NCBI GenBank assembly: GCA_002726245.1
Contig: PBSM01000335.1
Span: 7,722 to 71,721, forward strand
Direction: 5' to 3'
DNA: 64,000 nucleotides
From: Planctomycetaceae bacterium
GTDB taxonomy: Bacteria; Planctomycetota; Planctomycetia; Pirellulales; Pirellulaceae
Shown here: positions 18,907 to 30,006 of the stretch, in pieces
Numbering within the stretch: the stretch's first letter is position 1
Layout of the letters: every line of letters begins with the position of its first letter
Program-made: the position numbers and the translations under genes
The notes under the pieces: generated by a model
What the model saw: only the letters and a program-made list of their open reading frames with translations
Database searches by the model: none
What the model was told of the DNA's origin: nothing

Positions 18907-20286
18907 ATGTCTGAAGCGATCCATAAACCTGCGATCTCATTGAGCGGCCGCTATATCATCCTGGTCGTCGCGTTCTTAGGCTGGGCTTTTGCCGGCGTTC
19001 ATATGTCGATCGTCAGTATCGTTATGCGCGTCGCAGTGGCTGACCTGCTGCCGGCGGGTACGGCAGAAGGCGTCATCGGCCAATGGTTCGGCTGGCTGGT
19101 CTGCGCGTTTCTGCTCGGTGCGGCGACAGGTGGCTACCTGTTTGGCATCGTGGGAGACCGCTTCGGCCGAGCGAAAGCCATGGCGGCCAGCATTCTGTGC
19201 TATTCTGTCTTTTCCGGTGCGACTTATTTCGCAGATAGCCCGGTCATCCTCCTGCTACTTCGGTTCCTAACGTGCATGGGCATCGGTGGGATGTGGCCCA
19301 ATGGGATCGCTCTGATTGCCGAAGCATGGCCGAACGTGTCGCGCCCGATTCTGGCGGGAGTGATGGGGACCGCCGCGAATGTCGGAATCCTTTGCTTTGC
19401 CGTGGTGACGACGTTTCGGCATGTGACGGGCGACGACTGGCGATGGACGATGATCGTCGGAGCGTCGCCGATCGTGCTGGCGTTCATTTCGATGATCTTC
19501 GTGCCGGAGTCTCCTAAATGGCTCGGCTTGCAGGCCGGCAAGGACAAGTCGAAAGGCGATACGGCCGACAAGGTTGGTCTCGGCGAGATCTTCAAACCAC
19601 CGCTTCTCAAGACAACGATCATCGGCATCCTGCTGGGGACGATCCCGCTTTTCGGTGGCTGGGGAGTTAGCAACTGGGGACAGGCTTGGGCCAGCGAAGC
19701 TGGCGACAAGGCTAGGGCTGCGACACAGTCGGCAGATGCCGAGGCTAAACCAGCCGCGAAGGCGGACCCCGCCTTGAAGTCTCGTGCCACGATCTATCGA
19801 TCGATGATGGGATCCGTCACGAGTCTGCTCGGCGGCGCGATCGCTTCGTTCGTCGGGAGAAAGCTCAGCTATGGAGTTCTGTGTGCGTGCGCCCTCGTGT
19901 GTACTCAATTTCTTTTCCGCATCGACGACCCAGCGAACAAGGATGTCTTCTTTTCGCTAAACCTGGGCTTCTTCTCGTGGGAGCCGACCGAGTTTCTATT
20001 CTGGATGGGAGCGCTCGGCTTCTTCAGCGGCTTCTTCTTCGGCTGGCTGCCGTTGTTTCTGCCCGAACTGTTCCCGACTCGCGTGCGGTCCACGGGAGCT
20101 GGAGTCAGCTTCAATTGGGGCCGCATTCTGACAGCGATTGGCGTGCTGGTTTCGGCAGCTCTGCTGAAGGATCTGTTCAAGGGCGAGTACGCTCGGGTCG
20201 GTCAGATCACCGGTTTGATATACGCGGTGGGACTGCTCGTCATTTTCTTCGCGCCGGACACGAGCCAGAATTCGTTGGAAGAGTAA
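18907..20286 (+). CDS. MFS transporter
   Basis: 12-TM pattern. MFS motif GIVGDRFGRAKAMAASILCYSV. Start taken at the internal ATG 18907 to avoid overlap with the VOC gene. Confidence 0.8.
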   Translation: MSEAIHKPAISLSGRYIILVVAFLGWAFAGVHMSIVSIVMRVAVADLLPAGTAEGVIGQWFGWLVCAFLLGAATGGYLFGIVGDRFGRAKAMAASILCYSVFSGATYFADSPVILLLLRFLTCMGIGGMWPNGIALIAEAWPNVSRPILAGVMGTAANVGILCFAVVTTFRHVTGDDWRWTMIVGASPIVLAFISMIFVPESPKWLGLQAGKDKSKGDTADKVGLGEIFKPPLLKTTIIGILLGTIPLFGGWGVSNWGQAWASEAGDKARAATQSADAEAKPAAKADPALKSRATIYRSMMGSVTSLLGGAIASFVGRKLSYGVLCACALVCTQFLFRIDDPANKDVFFSLNLGFFSWEPTEFLFWMGALGFFSGFFFGWLPLFLPELFPTRVRSTGAGVSFNWGRILTAIGVLVSAALLKDLFKGEYARVGQITGLIYAVGLLVIFFAPDTSQNSLEE

Positions 20287-20312
20287 GAGTCGTGGCCACC
20301 TGCGGTCCGACA

Positions 20313-20789
20313 TCACGTGACGAGCTTCAACAGCTCTCCTTCTCCGACGAAGACTGCCAAGGAGACAAGCTCGAACATCAGGGGTGAATCGTCGTCACTG
20401 AAAACGTCAAGCAACCTTCTCAACTCATCTGGTACGCAGGACCCTTTGATTTCGACGTGATTCACTGAATCGCCTCGATCGTAAAGGTTGCCGTCGAGTT
20501 GCCAAGCGACGGGTGAATCACTGTCTGATACCCAAACGAAAGATCCATCCGGTTCAAAGTGCAACCTCGGAAATGATTCCAGTTGATCCGCCGCTTGATC
20601 GAATGTCACCGGCAATGGAGTTGATTGGAGAGCCGAGGGAACAACAAGCGTTTGGAGATCGATATGGCCTACCGAGAGTTTTGCGGTGTCTAAGGACGCA
20701 TTCGGGAAGCCATGCACAATGATGTGGAACGCCTTCAATGTGCCACCACGGATCAATCGGATATCGGCTTCGTCGATTTGTCCAGCCAA
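20313..20789 (-). CDS. Hypothetical protein
   Basis: ORF only. Overlaps the cutA 3' end by 37 nt, so the start is uncertain. Confidence 0.35.
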   Translation of the reverse strand: MAGQIDEADIRLIRGGTLKAFHIIVHGFPNASLDTAKLSVGHIDLQTLVVPSALQSTPLPVTFDQAADQLESFPRLHFEPDGSFVWVSDSDSPVAWQLDGNLYDRGDSVNHVEIKGSCVPDELRRLLDVFSDDDSPLMFELVSLAVFVGEGELLKLVT

Positions 20790-21082
20790 GCGAGGTAACC
20801 TTCGCTGCCAGCGACGATTGGCAGTGCGATAATCTCGGGTTCGTCATAGGAATGCAGGTCGCGAATCGCTTGTTCAACCTCGCGAAACAGTTCGCTACGG
20901 GTCTTGATCGCGCATACCCATTCCTGTGACTTCTCGACCTCGCCCCTCCAGCGGTACGTGCTCTCGATCGGGCCGCGGATCTGAACACAGGCCGCCAGTC
21001 GCTTTGCGACGAGAGAGGCCGCGATTCGCTTCGCGTCGGCTTGGTCCGGCACAGTTGTCATCACTTGGATTGCGTCCGTCAT
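20753..21082 (-). CDS. cutA: Divalent-cation tolerance protein CutA
   Basis: MTDAIQVMTTVPDQADAKRIAASLVAKRLAACVQIRGPIESTYRWRGEVEKSQEWVCAIKTRSELFREVEQAIRDLHSYDEPEIIALPIVAGSEGYLAWL is collinear with CutA1. Confidence 0.8.
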   Translation of the reverse strand: MTDAIQVMTTVPDQADAKRIAASLVAKRLAACVQIRGPIESTYRWRGEVEKSQEWVCAIKTRSELFREVEQAIRDLHSYDEPEIIALPIVAGSEGYLAWLDKSTKPISD

Positions 21083-21142
21083 GCCTTCCAACCTCCGAAG
21101 CCTCTTCACGAGTGAGAGGGTGATAAGGCTTCAAGTCACCGC

Positions 21143-22198
21143 CTATGTCTCACTCGTAGCAGTCTCGTTCGCGTAAAAGCTCGCCGCGACCTGCTCAGCG
21201 TGAAATAGCAGCCAATCAAGTCTGGTGTAAACGGCATGTCCAGCCAGATGCTGGCCAATATGTCCTTCGGACGGTCCGTAGTCTACCAGAAGCGTCTGGC
21301 CTTCGTCATGAGCCCGGATGCCGGCCCGCAATCGTTCAAGCAAGTCACGCTTGCGGACTCCAGCCTGCAAGAGGCGGTCCAGCCGAATGTCCGCCAACCA
21401 AGCTCGCCAGGCCCACGCGGCCGGCGTAAAGTTCGTACCGGCGATGGCAAGCTGCTGGATGTAGTCCCCGTATCGAGCGTGCAGCAGGTCGTCCCAATCG
21501 GGCGGAAACGCAGCACGATCCGTGGGTAGATCCTCGATTGGCTTGTGATTCACGAAGTGCAGGAGTTTCGTCTCGTCTCCGACGTTCCAACCGTAACGGA
21601 TCGGGGTGCCGAGTGTGACGTAGTCGTATTGAATGTCCTGGAGCATGTGCCTCTCGCACTTGAGCAACTCCTGCACGCGCGGCCAGGCCGGCATATCGAC
21701 TTTACCTGCGACCGGCCAGCGATAATAAGAGCGAGCTGCCCGAAAGAAACGGTCCAGCGCCGAATGATCCGCACCAATCAAGTTCGTCAACAGTGCTAGA
21801 ACGTTGCCGCCATGACTGTGTCCCCAAAAGAGCGCTCGACCGCCGCGAAGTTCCTCGTGCGAAGCAAGTTCATCGGCCAGCCTCACCGCGCCGTCGCAGC
21901 GACCAATGTGGTGGTTCTCGCTCGACCAGTGAAACAGACGGACAGGAATGACGGCCTCAAGGCCGGTGTTGATCGCGTCGGCGAACGTATCGGCGTACTC
22001 ACGCGTGAAGTTGCCCGCGTCCTTCGCGATGGCATCGAGCAACTGCTTCTGCAATCGCTTGAGAGGTTCGGCGGCCTTCTGAGAGACCCTTGCGACTTCG
22101 CGTAGCAGCCCGAAGGCATCGGCACCAACGAACGTGCCGTGAAGCAGATAGATAGCTCGCACGTCGGCTTGACGAAACGCCTCGCCAACAGCCGCCAT
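21143..22198 (-). CDS. Alpha/beta-hydrolase-like protein with G-H-S-H-G nucleophile elbow
   Basis: IYLLHGTF (oxyanion HG) and LFWGHSHGGNVLALL (GxSxG). Start taken at the internal Met (MAAVGEAF) 16 nt after the upstream MPE stop. No closer family recognised. Confidence 0.5.
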   Translation of the reverse strand: MAAVGEAFRQADVRAIYLLHGTFVGADAFGLLREVARVSQKAAEPLKRLQKQLLDAIAKDAGNFTREYADTFADAINTGLEAVIPVRLFHWSSENHHIGRCDGAVRLADELASHEELRGGRALFWGHSHGGNVLALLTNLIGADHSALDRFFRAARSYYRWPVAGKVDMPAWPRVQELLKCERHMLQDIQYDYVTLGTPIRYGWNVGDETKLLHFVNHKPIEDLPTDRAAFPPDWDDLLHARYGDYIQQLAIAGTNFTPAAWAWRAWLADIRLDRLLQAGVRKRDLLERLRAGIRAHDEGQTLLVDYGPSEGHIGQHLAGHAVYTRLDWLLFHAEQVAASFYANETATSET

Positions 22199-22214
22199 TC
22201 GAGACCGGAACGCT

Positions 22215-23726
22215 TCAGAAGGAGCCGCCGGAGGGCGATCGGGTGTGAGTAGGCGAACGTCGGAAGTGGGGAGCTCGGACCGGTACTTTTGATGCTGGAA
22301 TCGATTGTTCCGCGGCATGGGACCGTCCCGAGTCAACACGATGAGTCGCTACTTCGCCAGCCGTCGCCAGTGTGCCGCTCCAGGTCTCGAACGGGCGACC
22401 ACCGCGCTCGTCGCCGTGGTAGAACGACAGCATCGACAAACATTCCGTCGGGATGAATTCGTACTCGCTCGACGTCCAGCGTGTCTGTCGCAGCACTCGC
22501 CGCCAAGTACCCGAGTTGAAGTACATCTGGTTCAGAACATAGCCGTCGGCATAGCTGGCGTCCAGCGGGATGCTCTCCGCCAGATGCGTGTGCCCGTAAA
22601 CGATGTTGCGTGCTCGTCGATTGCGGAAGTCCGGCTCGGAGATCGCATGCTGGCAATACGATTCACCTTCCGATCCCCGCAACGATTGCAACCAGTTGTT
22701 AATCTTCTCCGCCCAACCGATCGAAACCCGCTTACTGAACTTCAGCGCTCGGTCCATTCCATCCACGATGTCGAAGGGGCTCCAGGAATCGTGTTCGCGG
22801 ACGATCGGCAATTGCAGCAGCTCGTCTGCCAAGCCGTCCCACGTCCGCCTGATTTCCTTGCGGATCGCTGGGCGAACAGCGGAACGCGCAAGCAAGCCTT
22901 CCAGCCAAACCGGCGCGAGCAACAACGGACGAATGTGATCGAGCTGTTGGATTCCGTGAAGCACTGCGGGTGGCAGGTCGTTACCAAGCTGTTGTTGAAT
23001 CGCCACGGTAAATCGCGTCAGCAAATTGATGGCGATGGCGTCGCCCAAACTGGCGATATCACGATCTTCGCTGAAGTTAATCGGATCAAAGATGTCTCCA
23101 TGGCGAGCAACGACTCGATGGCGTCGAAGTACCGCCAGAAGCTCGTCGGATTCGTATGGATCGTGGGGGAACGGCGCGTTGTGAATGTTCGCCAGCCCGA
23201 GCTGATGCGCGACTTTATGCCGAATCATATCGTACCTTGGACCAGGCAGATGCAATGGCCAATCGTGATTGCCGACCATGTAGAAAGTCCGCACGGCGAT
23301 CGGTAAGCCTTCCGCGTTCATAGCGGGCTCACCCATCTGCGTTGGCGGCGGCAGTTGCAACACGGCGTCCGTCGAAAGCGAGCTAAGGACTTGGCAGGCC
23401 GCTTGGTTTTGGTGAAGAACCTGATCGACAAAGCGACTAATGGCGTCGGCGGTTTCCGGAGCGGCGGGATCATCCCACGGGCGCTGGTCCGTGCGGAGCC
23501 ACTCTCTAGTCCTGACCAAGTCCAGAATATCGCCTAGTAAGACGATGTCGATTTGTTCGATCGGTCGATAGCGTCCGTCTGCCCGCCAAGACGCTCGAAA
23601 GGCCGTTTCGTGCAGCCTTTCGGCAAAGATCTCGAATGCCCCTGCGTCCATTGGCGAGCTGGTCGTCTGATCGTTCAGGTGTAGGTCACTGACGATGACT
23701 AGCATTGCAACTTCCTCGATGCCCAA
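22215..23726 (-). CDS. Calcineurin-like metallophosphoesterase with about 200-aa C-terminal extension
   Basis: Canonical MPE motifs: IVSDLHLN (I), LLGDILD (II), GNHD (III), YGHTH (GHxH). Confidence 0.75.
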   Translation of the reverse strand: MGIEEVAMLVIVSDLHLNDQTTSSPMDAGAFEIFAERLHETAFRASWRADGRYRPIEQIDIVLLGDILDLVRTREWLRTDQRPWDDPAAPETADAISRFVDQVLHQNQAACQVLSSLSTDAVLQLPPPTQMGEPAMNAEGLPIAVRTFYMVGNHDWPLHLPGPRYDMIRHKVAHQLGLANIHNAPFPHDPYESDELLAVLRRHRVVARHGDIFDPINFSEDRDIASLGDAIAINLLTRFTVAIQQQLGNDLPPAVLHGIQQLDHIRPLLLAPVWLEGLLARSAVRPAIRKEIRRTWDGLADELLQLPIVREHDSWSPFDIVDGMDRALKFSKRVSIGWAEKINNWLQSLRGSEGESYCQHAISEPDFRNRRARNIVYGHTHLAESIPLDASYADGYVLNQMYFNSGTWRRVLRQTRWTSSEYEFIPTECLSMLSFYHGDERGGRPFETWSGTLATAGEVATHRVDSGRSHAAEQSIPASKVPVRAPHFRRSPTHTRSPSGGSF

Positions 23727-24050
23727 TTGAAACCGGTAACGCGTGTCAGAATCCTAGCGCCCTCCTCGTTATCGGACCGCCAACGTGAGGAACATGAGGA
23801 TTATGCCGGAACCGCGGAATCGATCGGTCGTCCGTGCTAGCGGTCGGGTCGCGACACGTTGAAACACGCTGGAGCCAAGCCGTGAGTTCTCGGGTCGGAG
23901 TTGCTAGAATATCGCATCTGGATGGATTAGCGGCATCGTGTCAGCGTCGTTGGGAATCGTCGGGCTTGTTAGCAGGCATCTCCTTCACTTCCCGGCTATC
24001 TCACCACAATATCCGCCTCGTGTACGTAAAGAACTAACGGAGTAACAGCG

Positions 24051-26441
24051 ATGGACTCCTCAAGCAATGCAACAGAGTCGCTAAATCGGATTCAACGCCG
24101 CGTGCTTTGGTTGGCCGTTCAACAGATCCAGCACGCCAACACCGGCCGGCCTAAGTCCGATCAGATGAAAGTCGGCGGGCATCAAGCGTCGTGTGCTTCG
24201 GTCGTCACCATCATGACGACGTTGTTCTTTCGTTTCATGCGGTCCGGTGATTTGATTTCGGTCAAGCCGCATGCGTCTCCGGTTTTGCATGCGATTCAGT
24301 ATCTACTCGGCAATCTCGACGCATCGTACTTGAAACGACTGAGAGATTGCGGCGGACTTCAAGCCTACCCCAGCCGCACGAAGGATCCTGATCAGGTTGA
24401 TTTCTCGACCGGTTCCGTTGGTCTGGGTGCTGTCGCGCCGAACTTCGCCGGCGTTGTCGATACCTACTTGCGCACGCACCAGCTTGGCATGTCAGATGTC
24501 AATCGCCGCTTTATCAGCCTGGTTGGCGATGCGGAGTTGGACGAAGGATCGGTGTGGGAGGCGATCGCGGAACCGGCGATGGCGGGCGTTAACGACGTGC
24601 TGTGGATTGTGGATCTCAATCGACAGAGCTTGGATCGAGTGATTCCCGGCATTCGTGTGCGCTGCTGGAGGGAAATGTTCGCGGCGAATGGTTGGGATGT
24701 GATCGATGCTAAGTATGGCCGGCTCATGCAAGCGGCGTTCGACGAACCAAATGGTGAGCTTCTGCGAATCTGTGTTGATGAGTTATCCAACGATGCCTTC
24801 CAGCGACTGCTACGTCTGCAACCGTCCGACTTGCGTGAATGGCTACCCAGAAAAAGCCGCTATCCTCAGGAGCTTCGCCGGTTGCTTGATCGCTGGGACG
24901 ACGCGCAGTTACACGACCTGTTCTGGAACCTTGGCGGCCACGACATCGAAGAACTAGAAGCGGCTCTAGCGAAAACCACTCGACAGCCAGGACCGAGTGT
25001 GATCTTTGCCTACACGCTGAAAGGTTGGAAGCTTCCATCCGTCGGACACGCCCAGAATCACTCGGTCTTGTTGAGTGACGAACAGATGGAATCGCTTCGC
25101 TCCGATCTGGAGATTCCCGTGGAAGAAACGTGGTCGGGGTTTTCTCTCGACAGCGCGGAACGCGAGCAGTGCGAACAAGTGTCTCGGCGGTTGTTCGGCG
25201 GCAGTCCCAAAGCCGTGCCAGCCGCGGTCAAGATCCCCAACGAGCTATCAACAACCTATCAGAGTTTGCGGTCCACGCAGCAAACGTTTGGCACGATCCT
25301 CAGCACACTCGCGCGTGAGTGTCCCGAGTTAGTGCGGCGGGTCGTCACGGTCAGCCCAGATGTCGCTAGTTCGACGAATCTAGGAGGCTGGATCAACAAG
25401 CATGAAGTCTGGCGACTCACAGAACAGGAAGAGCTGCCGGAAAACACATCACCTGGGATTCTTCAATGGACCGAATCGACTCGGGGCCAGCACATTGAAT
25501 TAGGAATTTCCGAGAACAACTTGTTCCTCATGTTGGGACAGCTTGGATTATCGCACGAACTCTTCGGGCAACTGTTGTTTCCAATCGGCACTCTTTACGA
25601 TCCGTTCATCCGACGTGGCCTTGATGCTTTGTTCTACAGCGTTTACTCCGGTGCCAAGTTCATCGCGGTCGGAACTCCTTCTGGAGTGACGCTGGCCAGC
25701 GAAGGTGGTGCGCACCAGTCGTTGATGACACCATCCATCGGCACGGAGTTACCCGACGTGGTGTCGTACGAACCCTGTTTCGCACAAGAACTTGAGTGGA
25801 TCATGATGGATTCGCTCGCTCGCATCCAGAGGCGCGGGACGTCAAGCTATTTGCGACTGACAACGAAGCGAATCGACCAGGCCTTGTTTCCCGATTGCAC
25901 CGACCCAACTCAGCGAGAGCAGTTGCGTACTCAAGTCCTGGCGGGTGCCTACCGGTTGCATGACTGCCGCGATCAAGCGGGGTATGAGCCTGACCAAAAC
26001 GTGGTGCATCTGTTCGCTTGCGGTGCGATGGTGCCGGAGGCTCTGGCGGCTCAACGCTTATTGAGCGAAGAAGGCATCTTCGTCAACGTCTTCAATGTGA
26101 CGGGACCAGGACCGCTTTATTCAAGCTTCCAGCAGGCATCCCATGCGGCAGTGGATGGCATGGTCTCTGAAAGCAACGTGTTTGACCAACTCGTTCCGAC
26201 GGATGACCGGGAAGCACCAGTTGTGACGTTAACAGACGCTCATCCACACTCGCTGGCCTGGATCGGCAGCGCATTGGGAACACGGGTTCTGCCGCTAGGC
26301 GTCGTCGAGTTTGGCCAGTCGGGCAGCCTCGACCAGATCTACCGCAAGCACCAGATCGACCGCGACAGCATCGTTGCCGCATGTCTCGCGGCGTTGAAAT
26401 CCACGACGCCTGACCATCGAACCGGCGACGCGCGTGACTAA
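24051..26441 (+). CDS. AceE-type (homodimeric) 2-oxoacid dehydrogenase E1 component
   Basis: [21 protein letters not shown]...[20 protein letters not shown]...[16 protein letters not shown] is collinear with the E. coli AceE ThDP/transketolase-like region. 796 aa. Confidence 0.75.
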   Translation: MDSSSNATESLNRIQRRVLWLAVQQIQHANTGRPKSDQMKVGGHQASCASVVTIMTTLFFRFMRSGDLISVKPHASPVLHAIQYLLGNLDASYLKRLRDCGGLQAYPSRTKDPDQVDFSTGSVGLGAVAPNFAGVVDTYLRTHQLGMSDVNRRFISLVGDAELDEGSVWEAIAEPAMAGVNDVLWIVDLNRQSLDRVIPGIRVRCWREMFAANGWDVIDAKYGRLMQAAFDEPNGELLRICVDELSNDAFQRLLRLQPSDLREWLPRKSRYPQELRRLLDRWDDAQLHDLFWNLGGHDIEELEAALAKTTRQPGPSVIFAYTLKGWKLPSVGHAQNHSVLLSDEQMESLRSDLEIPVEETWSGFSLDSAEREQCEQVSRRLFGGSPKAVPAAVKIPNELSTTYQSLRSTQQTFGTILSTLARECPELVRRVVTVSPDVASSTNLGGWINKHEVWRLTEQEELPENTSPGILQWTESTRGQHIELGISENNLFLMLGQLGLSHELFGQLLFPIGTLYDPFIRRGLDALFYSVYSGAKFIAVGTPSGVTLASEGGAHQSLMTPSIGTELPDVVSYEPCFAQELEWIMMDSLARIQRRGTSSYLRLTTKRIDQALFPDCTDPTQREQLRTQVLAGAYRLHDCRDQAGYEPDQNVVHLFACGAMVPEALAAQRLLSEEGIFVNVFNVTGPGPLYSSFQQASHAAVDGMVSESNVFDQLVPTDDREAPVVTLTDAHPHSLAWIGSALGTRVLPLGVVEFGQSGSLDQIYRKHQIDRDSIVAACLAALKSTTPDHRTGDARD

Positions 26442-27862
26442 GAACGATCGTCCGTGCTGAACAGACCCATGAAATCACGAACGGGCATCGAATCGAGTTG
26501 TTCCGGCTGATCGAATGCACGCAGTACGTCTTCGCATTGCTTGTCGGCAAACCTGCTGGCGAGATTTGTCTCGAACTTTTCCTTCAGCAGCGGGAGCCCT
26601 TCGTCGCGCCGGCGCCGGTGACCGATTGGGTGTTCGACTTCGATCCGCGGTGTCTCCGTTCCATCGTTAAAGAACACCTGCACGGCGTTCGCGATTGAAC
26701 GCTTTTCGGAGTCAAGGTAATCGCATGAGTACTGAACGTCTTCGACCACAACCATCACTTGCCGCAAGCGATCGAGACGAGGATCCCGAGCGGCTTCGTC
26801 TTCGTAGTGATCAGCGCTAAGCACTCCGTGAATCAGTCCGACGGCAACCATATACTGCAGGCAATGGTCTCGGTCGGCGGGATTCGTTAACGCTCCCGTC
26901 TTGTCGATTATGCGAATGGCTGGCTCCTGGGTCTCGATGCGAATGCGTTCGATCGAATCCAGTCGGTCCCTTACCAGTGGATGCAGTTGGATCGCCGCTT
27001 CAACGGCGGTTTGCGCATGGAATTCCGCGGGAAACGAAATCTTGAATAAGACGTTCTCCATGACGTAGCTGCCCAGAGACTGAGCAAGTTCGATCACGTG
27101 ACCGTCCAAGTGAACAGCCGAGAATCCCCACCGGGGGGCGCTCAAAGCCGTCGCGTAGCCCATTTCGCCGGTCAATGTCATGAGGGCTAAGCGCACGCCT
27201 CGGCTGGTGGCGTCGCCTGCCGCCCAACTTTTGCGCGAGCCGGTGTTCGCATCATGTCGGTAAGTCCGCAACGCTCCACCATCAAGCCACGCCTGCGACA
27301 CTGCGTTGCGAATCTGTTCCTGCGAGCCGCCAAGCAAACGCGTGGCAACGGCTGCGCTGGCAAGGCGAACGAGGAAGACATGATCCAGCCCGATGCGATT
27401 GAAGGCATGATTCAACGCCAAGACGCCTTGGATCTCGTGTGCTTTGATCATCACAGTCAGCACGTCGCGCATGACCGTCGGCTTGCCAAGCAGGCGGCTT
27501 TGATAATCCGCGCAGGAAAGGATCGCACCGAGGTTGTCCGAGGGGTGTCCCCATTCAGCGGCCAGCCACGTGTCGTTGTAGTCGAGCCATCGGATCGTGC
27601 AGCCGATGTTGAAAGCCGCGGTAACTGGGTCCAATTCGTAAGCCGTTCCCGGCACACGAACGCCTCCCGCCATCTCCGCGCCCGGTACGACAGGACCAAG
27701 CAGCTTCGTACATGCGGGATAGTTCAGTGCCAGTAGCGCGCATCCCAAGCTGTCCATCAGACACCAGCGAGCCGTGTCATAGGCCAGCGTGCTTTCGATC
27801 GTATGATTCGCCACATAATCGGCGATGTCGGCCAGCACGGGATCTGGTTGTCGGTCTGTCAT
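26438..27862 (-). CDS. prpD: 2-methylcitrate dehydratase (MmgE/PrpD family)
   Basis: [31 protein letters not shown] and full-length PrpD pattern. Last gene of the prpBCD cluster. Confidence 0.85.
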   Translation of the reverse strand: MTDRQPDPVLADIADYVANHTIESTLAYDTARWCLMDSLGCALLALNYPACTKLLGPVVPGAEMAGGVRVPGTAYELDPVTAAFNIGCTIRWLDYNDTWLAAEWGHPSDNLGAILSCADYQSRLLGKPTVMRDVLTVMIKAHEIQGVLALNHAFNRIGLDHVFLVRLASAAVATRLLGGSQEQIRNAVSQAWLDGGALRTYRHDANTGSRKSWAAGDATSRGVRLALMTLTGEMGYATALSAPRWGFSAVHLDGHVIELAQSLGSYVMENVLFKISFPAEFHAQTAVEAAIQLHPLVRDRLDSIERIRIETQEPAIRIIDKTGALTNPADRDHCLQYMVAVGLIHGVLSADHYEDEAARDPRLDRLRQVMVVVEDVQYSCDYLDSEKRSIANAVQVFFNDGTETPRIEVEHPIGHRRRRDEGLPLLKEKFETNLASRFADKQCEDVLRAFDQPEQLDSMPVRDFMGLFSTDDRS

Positions 27863-27995
27863 CAGTAACCTGCGGTCTTGCCATTCTGAGGATTGCCGTT
27901 TCTCTGCGGCCTTTGCGTCTCCGCGTTTCTACCTCCTCTTCTTTTAACGCAGAGGCGCGGAGACCGCAGAGAATGGCGAATGTGCGTGTAACGAA

Positions 27996-29126
27996 TCAAC
28001 CACGCTGTCCGATCGAAACGTACGCCCGCGGTGCCGGTCCGATGTAGTCGGCGCTGGGACGAATCAGCTTGTTATTCTCTCGCTGCTCGAAGACGTGGGC
28101 CGCCCAACCGGTGATGCGGGAACAAACAAAGATCGGTGTGAACAACGAAGTGGGGATCCCCATAAAGTGATAAGCCGACGCGCTGAAGAAGTCGAGGTTG
28201 GGAAAGAGCTTCTTCTGGTCCCACATGACTTGCTCAATCCGCTCCGAGACCGGATAGAGTTGCCTGTCACCCACGGATTCAGCCAACTTGCCAGCCCAAG
28301 CTTTGATGATGTCGGAGCGAGGATCGCAAGTACGATAGACACGGTGGCCGAATCCCATCACGAGTTCTCTCTTGGCAAGAGCTTCGAGCAATCCCTGTTC
28401 GGCTTCGTCAGGTGTCTCGTATCGCCCGATCAAATCCATCGCCGCCTCGTTCGCGCCGCCGTGCAGCGGACCTCGCAATGTTCCGATCGCGGCAGTGATG
28501 CCGGAGTAGAAGTCGGAGAGCGTTGCGGTGGCAACGCGGGCCGCGAACGTTGACGCGTTGAACTCATGCTCCGCATAGAGAATTAGTGACACATCCATCG
28601 CGCGTTCGTGTATTTCGGTCGGCGGCTTGCCATGCAGCAGTGTCAGAAAGTGGGTGGCAATCGACGGCGCGTCGATTTTGGTCTCGATTCGCTCTCCGCC
28701 GCGATGAAAGCGATACCAGTAAAGCAGCATCGACGGAAACGTGGCGAGCAGTCGCTCCGTAATCGCCACCTGTTCGTCGAATCTTGGCTCAGGTTCGAGG
28801 CAGCCGAGCATCGAGCAGCCAGTCCGCAGCACATCCATCGGAGCGGCCGTACCCGGGATGTTTTCCAGCACGAGCTTCAACTCAGCCGGCAACCCGCGAC
28901 GTTCGTTCAGTCGCGCGCGAAAGCTATCGAGATCACTCTGCGTCGGCAGATCGTCGTGCAGCAGCAGCCACGCGACTTCGTCGAAACAGGCGTGCTCCGC
29001 GAGATCCTCAATCGAATAGCCTCGATACGAAAGGCCGACGCCTTCCTTACCGACCGTGGCTATAGATGTCGTTCCAGCCGTTACGCCGGCCAGTCCACCT
29101 GATGTCTTGGGTTTGTCACTGCTCAT
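27996..29126 (-). CDS. prpC: 2-methylcitrate synthase / citrate synthase family
   Basis: Citrate synthase motifs (GYSIEDLAEHACFDEVAWLLLHDDLP, GPLHGGANE, GFGHRVY). ATG at 29126 overlaps the prpB stop (ATGAGCAGTGA). Confidence 0.85.
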   Translation of the reverse strand: MSSDKPKTSGGLAGVTAGTTSIATVGKEGVGLSYRGYSIEDLAEHACFDEVAWLLLHDDLPTQSDLDSFRARLNERRGLPAELKLVLENIPGTAAPMDVLRTGCSMLGCLEPEPRFDEQVAITERLLATFPSMLLYWYRFHRGGERIETKIDAPSIATHFLTLLHGKPPTEIHERAMDVSLILYAEHEFNASTFAARVATATLSDFYSGITAAIGTLRGPLHGGANEAAMDLIGRYETPDEAEQGLLEALAKRELVMGFGHRVYRTCDPRSDIIKAWAGKLAESVGDRQLYPVSERIEQVMWDQKKLFPNLDFFSASAYHFMGIPTSLFTPIFVCSRITGWAAHVFEQRENNKLIRPSADYIGPAPRAYVSIGQRG

Positions 29127-30006
29127 CTTCGCTCTCCAATAACTTGTCAATGCGTTGTTCATGACCGTGGTAATCGAGAATCTCGTACAACTCCTCGCGT
29201 GTTTGCATAAGATCGAGCACACCTTGCTGCGTCCCCTGCTCTCGCACCTCCTGATAGACGCGCCGCGCCGCGGCGTTCATCGCACGGAAAGCGGAGAGCG
29301 GATATAGCACGAGCCGAACACCGGCCGAACGCATCTCATCGACTGTGAACAAAGGCGTGCGGCCGAACTCCGTCAAGTTAGCCAGAACCGGCACCGAGAC
29401 CACGCTCGTAAACTGGTGGAATTGATCAAGATCGGTAAGGGCTTCGGCAAAGATCATGTCTGCACCAGCTTCGGCATAAGCTGCAGCACGATCGATGGCA
29501 CCTGGCAGGCCTTCATTGGCCGCCGCGTCTGTGCGAGCCATGATGACAAAGTCGTCCTCCGTTCGTGCTTCCGAAGCCGCCTTCACACGAGCTTTCATTT
29601 CCACCGCCGATACCAAAGTCTTACCGGGCCGGTGGCCGCAGCGTTTGGAAGACACCTGATCTTCGATCTGCATGCCCGCGGCTCCGGCACAAATCATTTC
29701 GGACGCTGTCTTAGCGATCGACGAAGTATCTCCCCAGCCGGTATCGACATCGACTAACAGCGGTAGGTCAGTCGCCGCTGTGATTCGCCGCACGTCCTCC
29801 AGCACATTCTCTCGCGACGTCATTCCCAGATCGGGCAATCCATACGAAGCGTTTGCCACACCCGCCCCGGAGAGATAGATCGCTCGGAACCTAGTCTGCT
29901 CGGCGAGTTTGGCCGTCAGCGCGTTGATCGTTCCGACGACCTGCAGCGGCCGCTCGTCTTCGACGGCATCACGAAGTCGCGAACCGGGGCAATCGGCGAG
30001 AGCCAT
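29116..30006 (-). CDS. prpB: Methylisocitrate lyase (PEP mutase/isocitrate lyase superfamily)
   Basis: LQVVGTINALTAKLAEQTRFRAIYLSGAGVA...VDVDTGWGD...KRCGHRPGK is collinear with PrpB. The start could be 30006 or 30039. Confidence 0.85.
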   Translation of the reverse strand: MALADCPGSRLRDAVEDERPLQVVGTINALTAKLAEQTRFRAIYLSGAGVANASYGLPDLGMTSRENVLEDVRRITAATDLPLLVDVDTGWGDTSSIAKTASEMICAGAAGMQIEDQVSSKRCGHRPGKTLVSAVEMKARVKAASEARTEDDFVIMARTDAAANEGLPGAIDRAAAYAEAGADMIFAEALTDLDQFHQFTSVVSVPVLANLTEFGRTPLFTVDEMRSAGVRLVLYPLSAFRAMNAAARRVYQEVREQGTQQGVLDLMQTREELYEILDYHGHEQRIDKLLESEDEQ

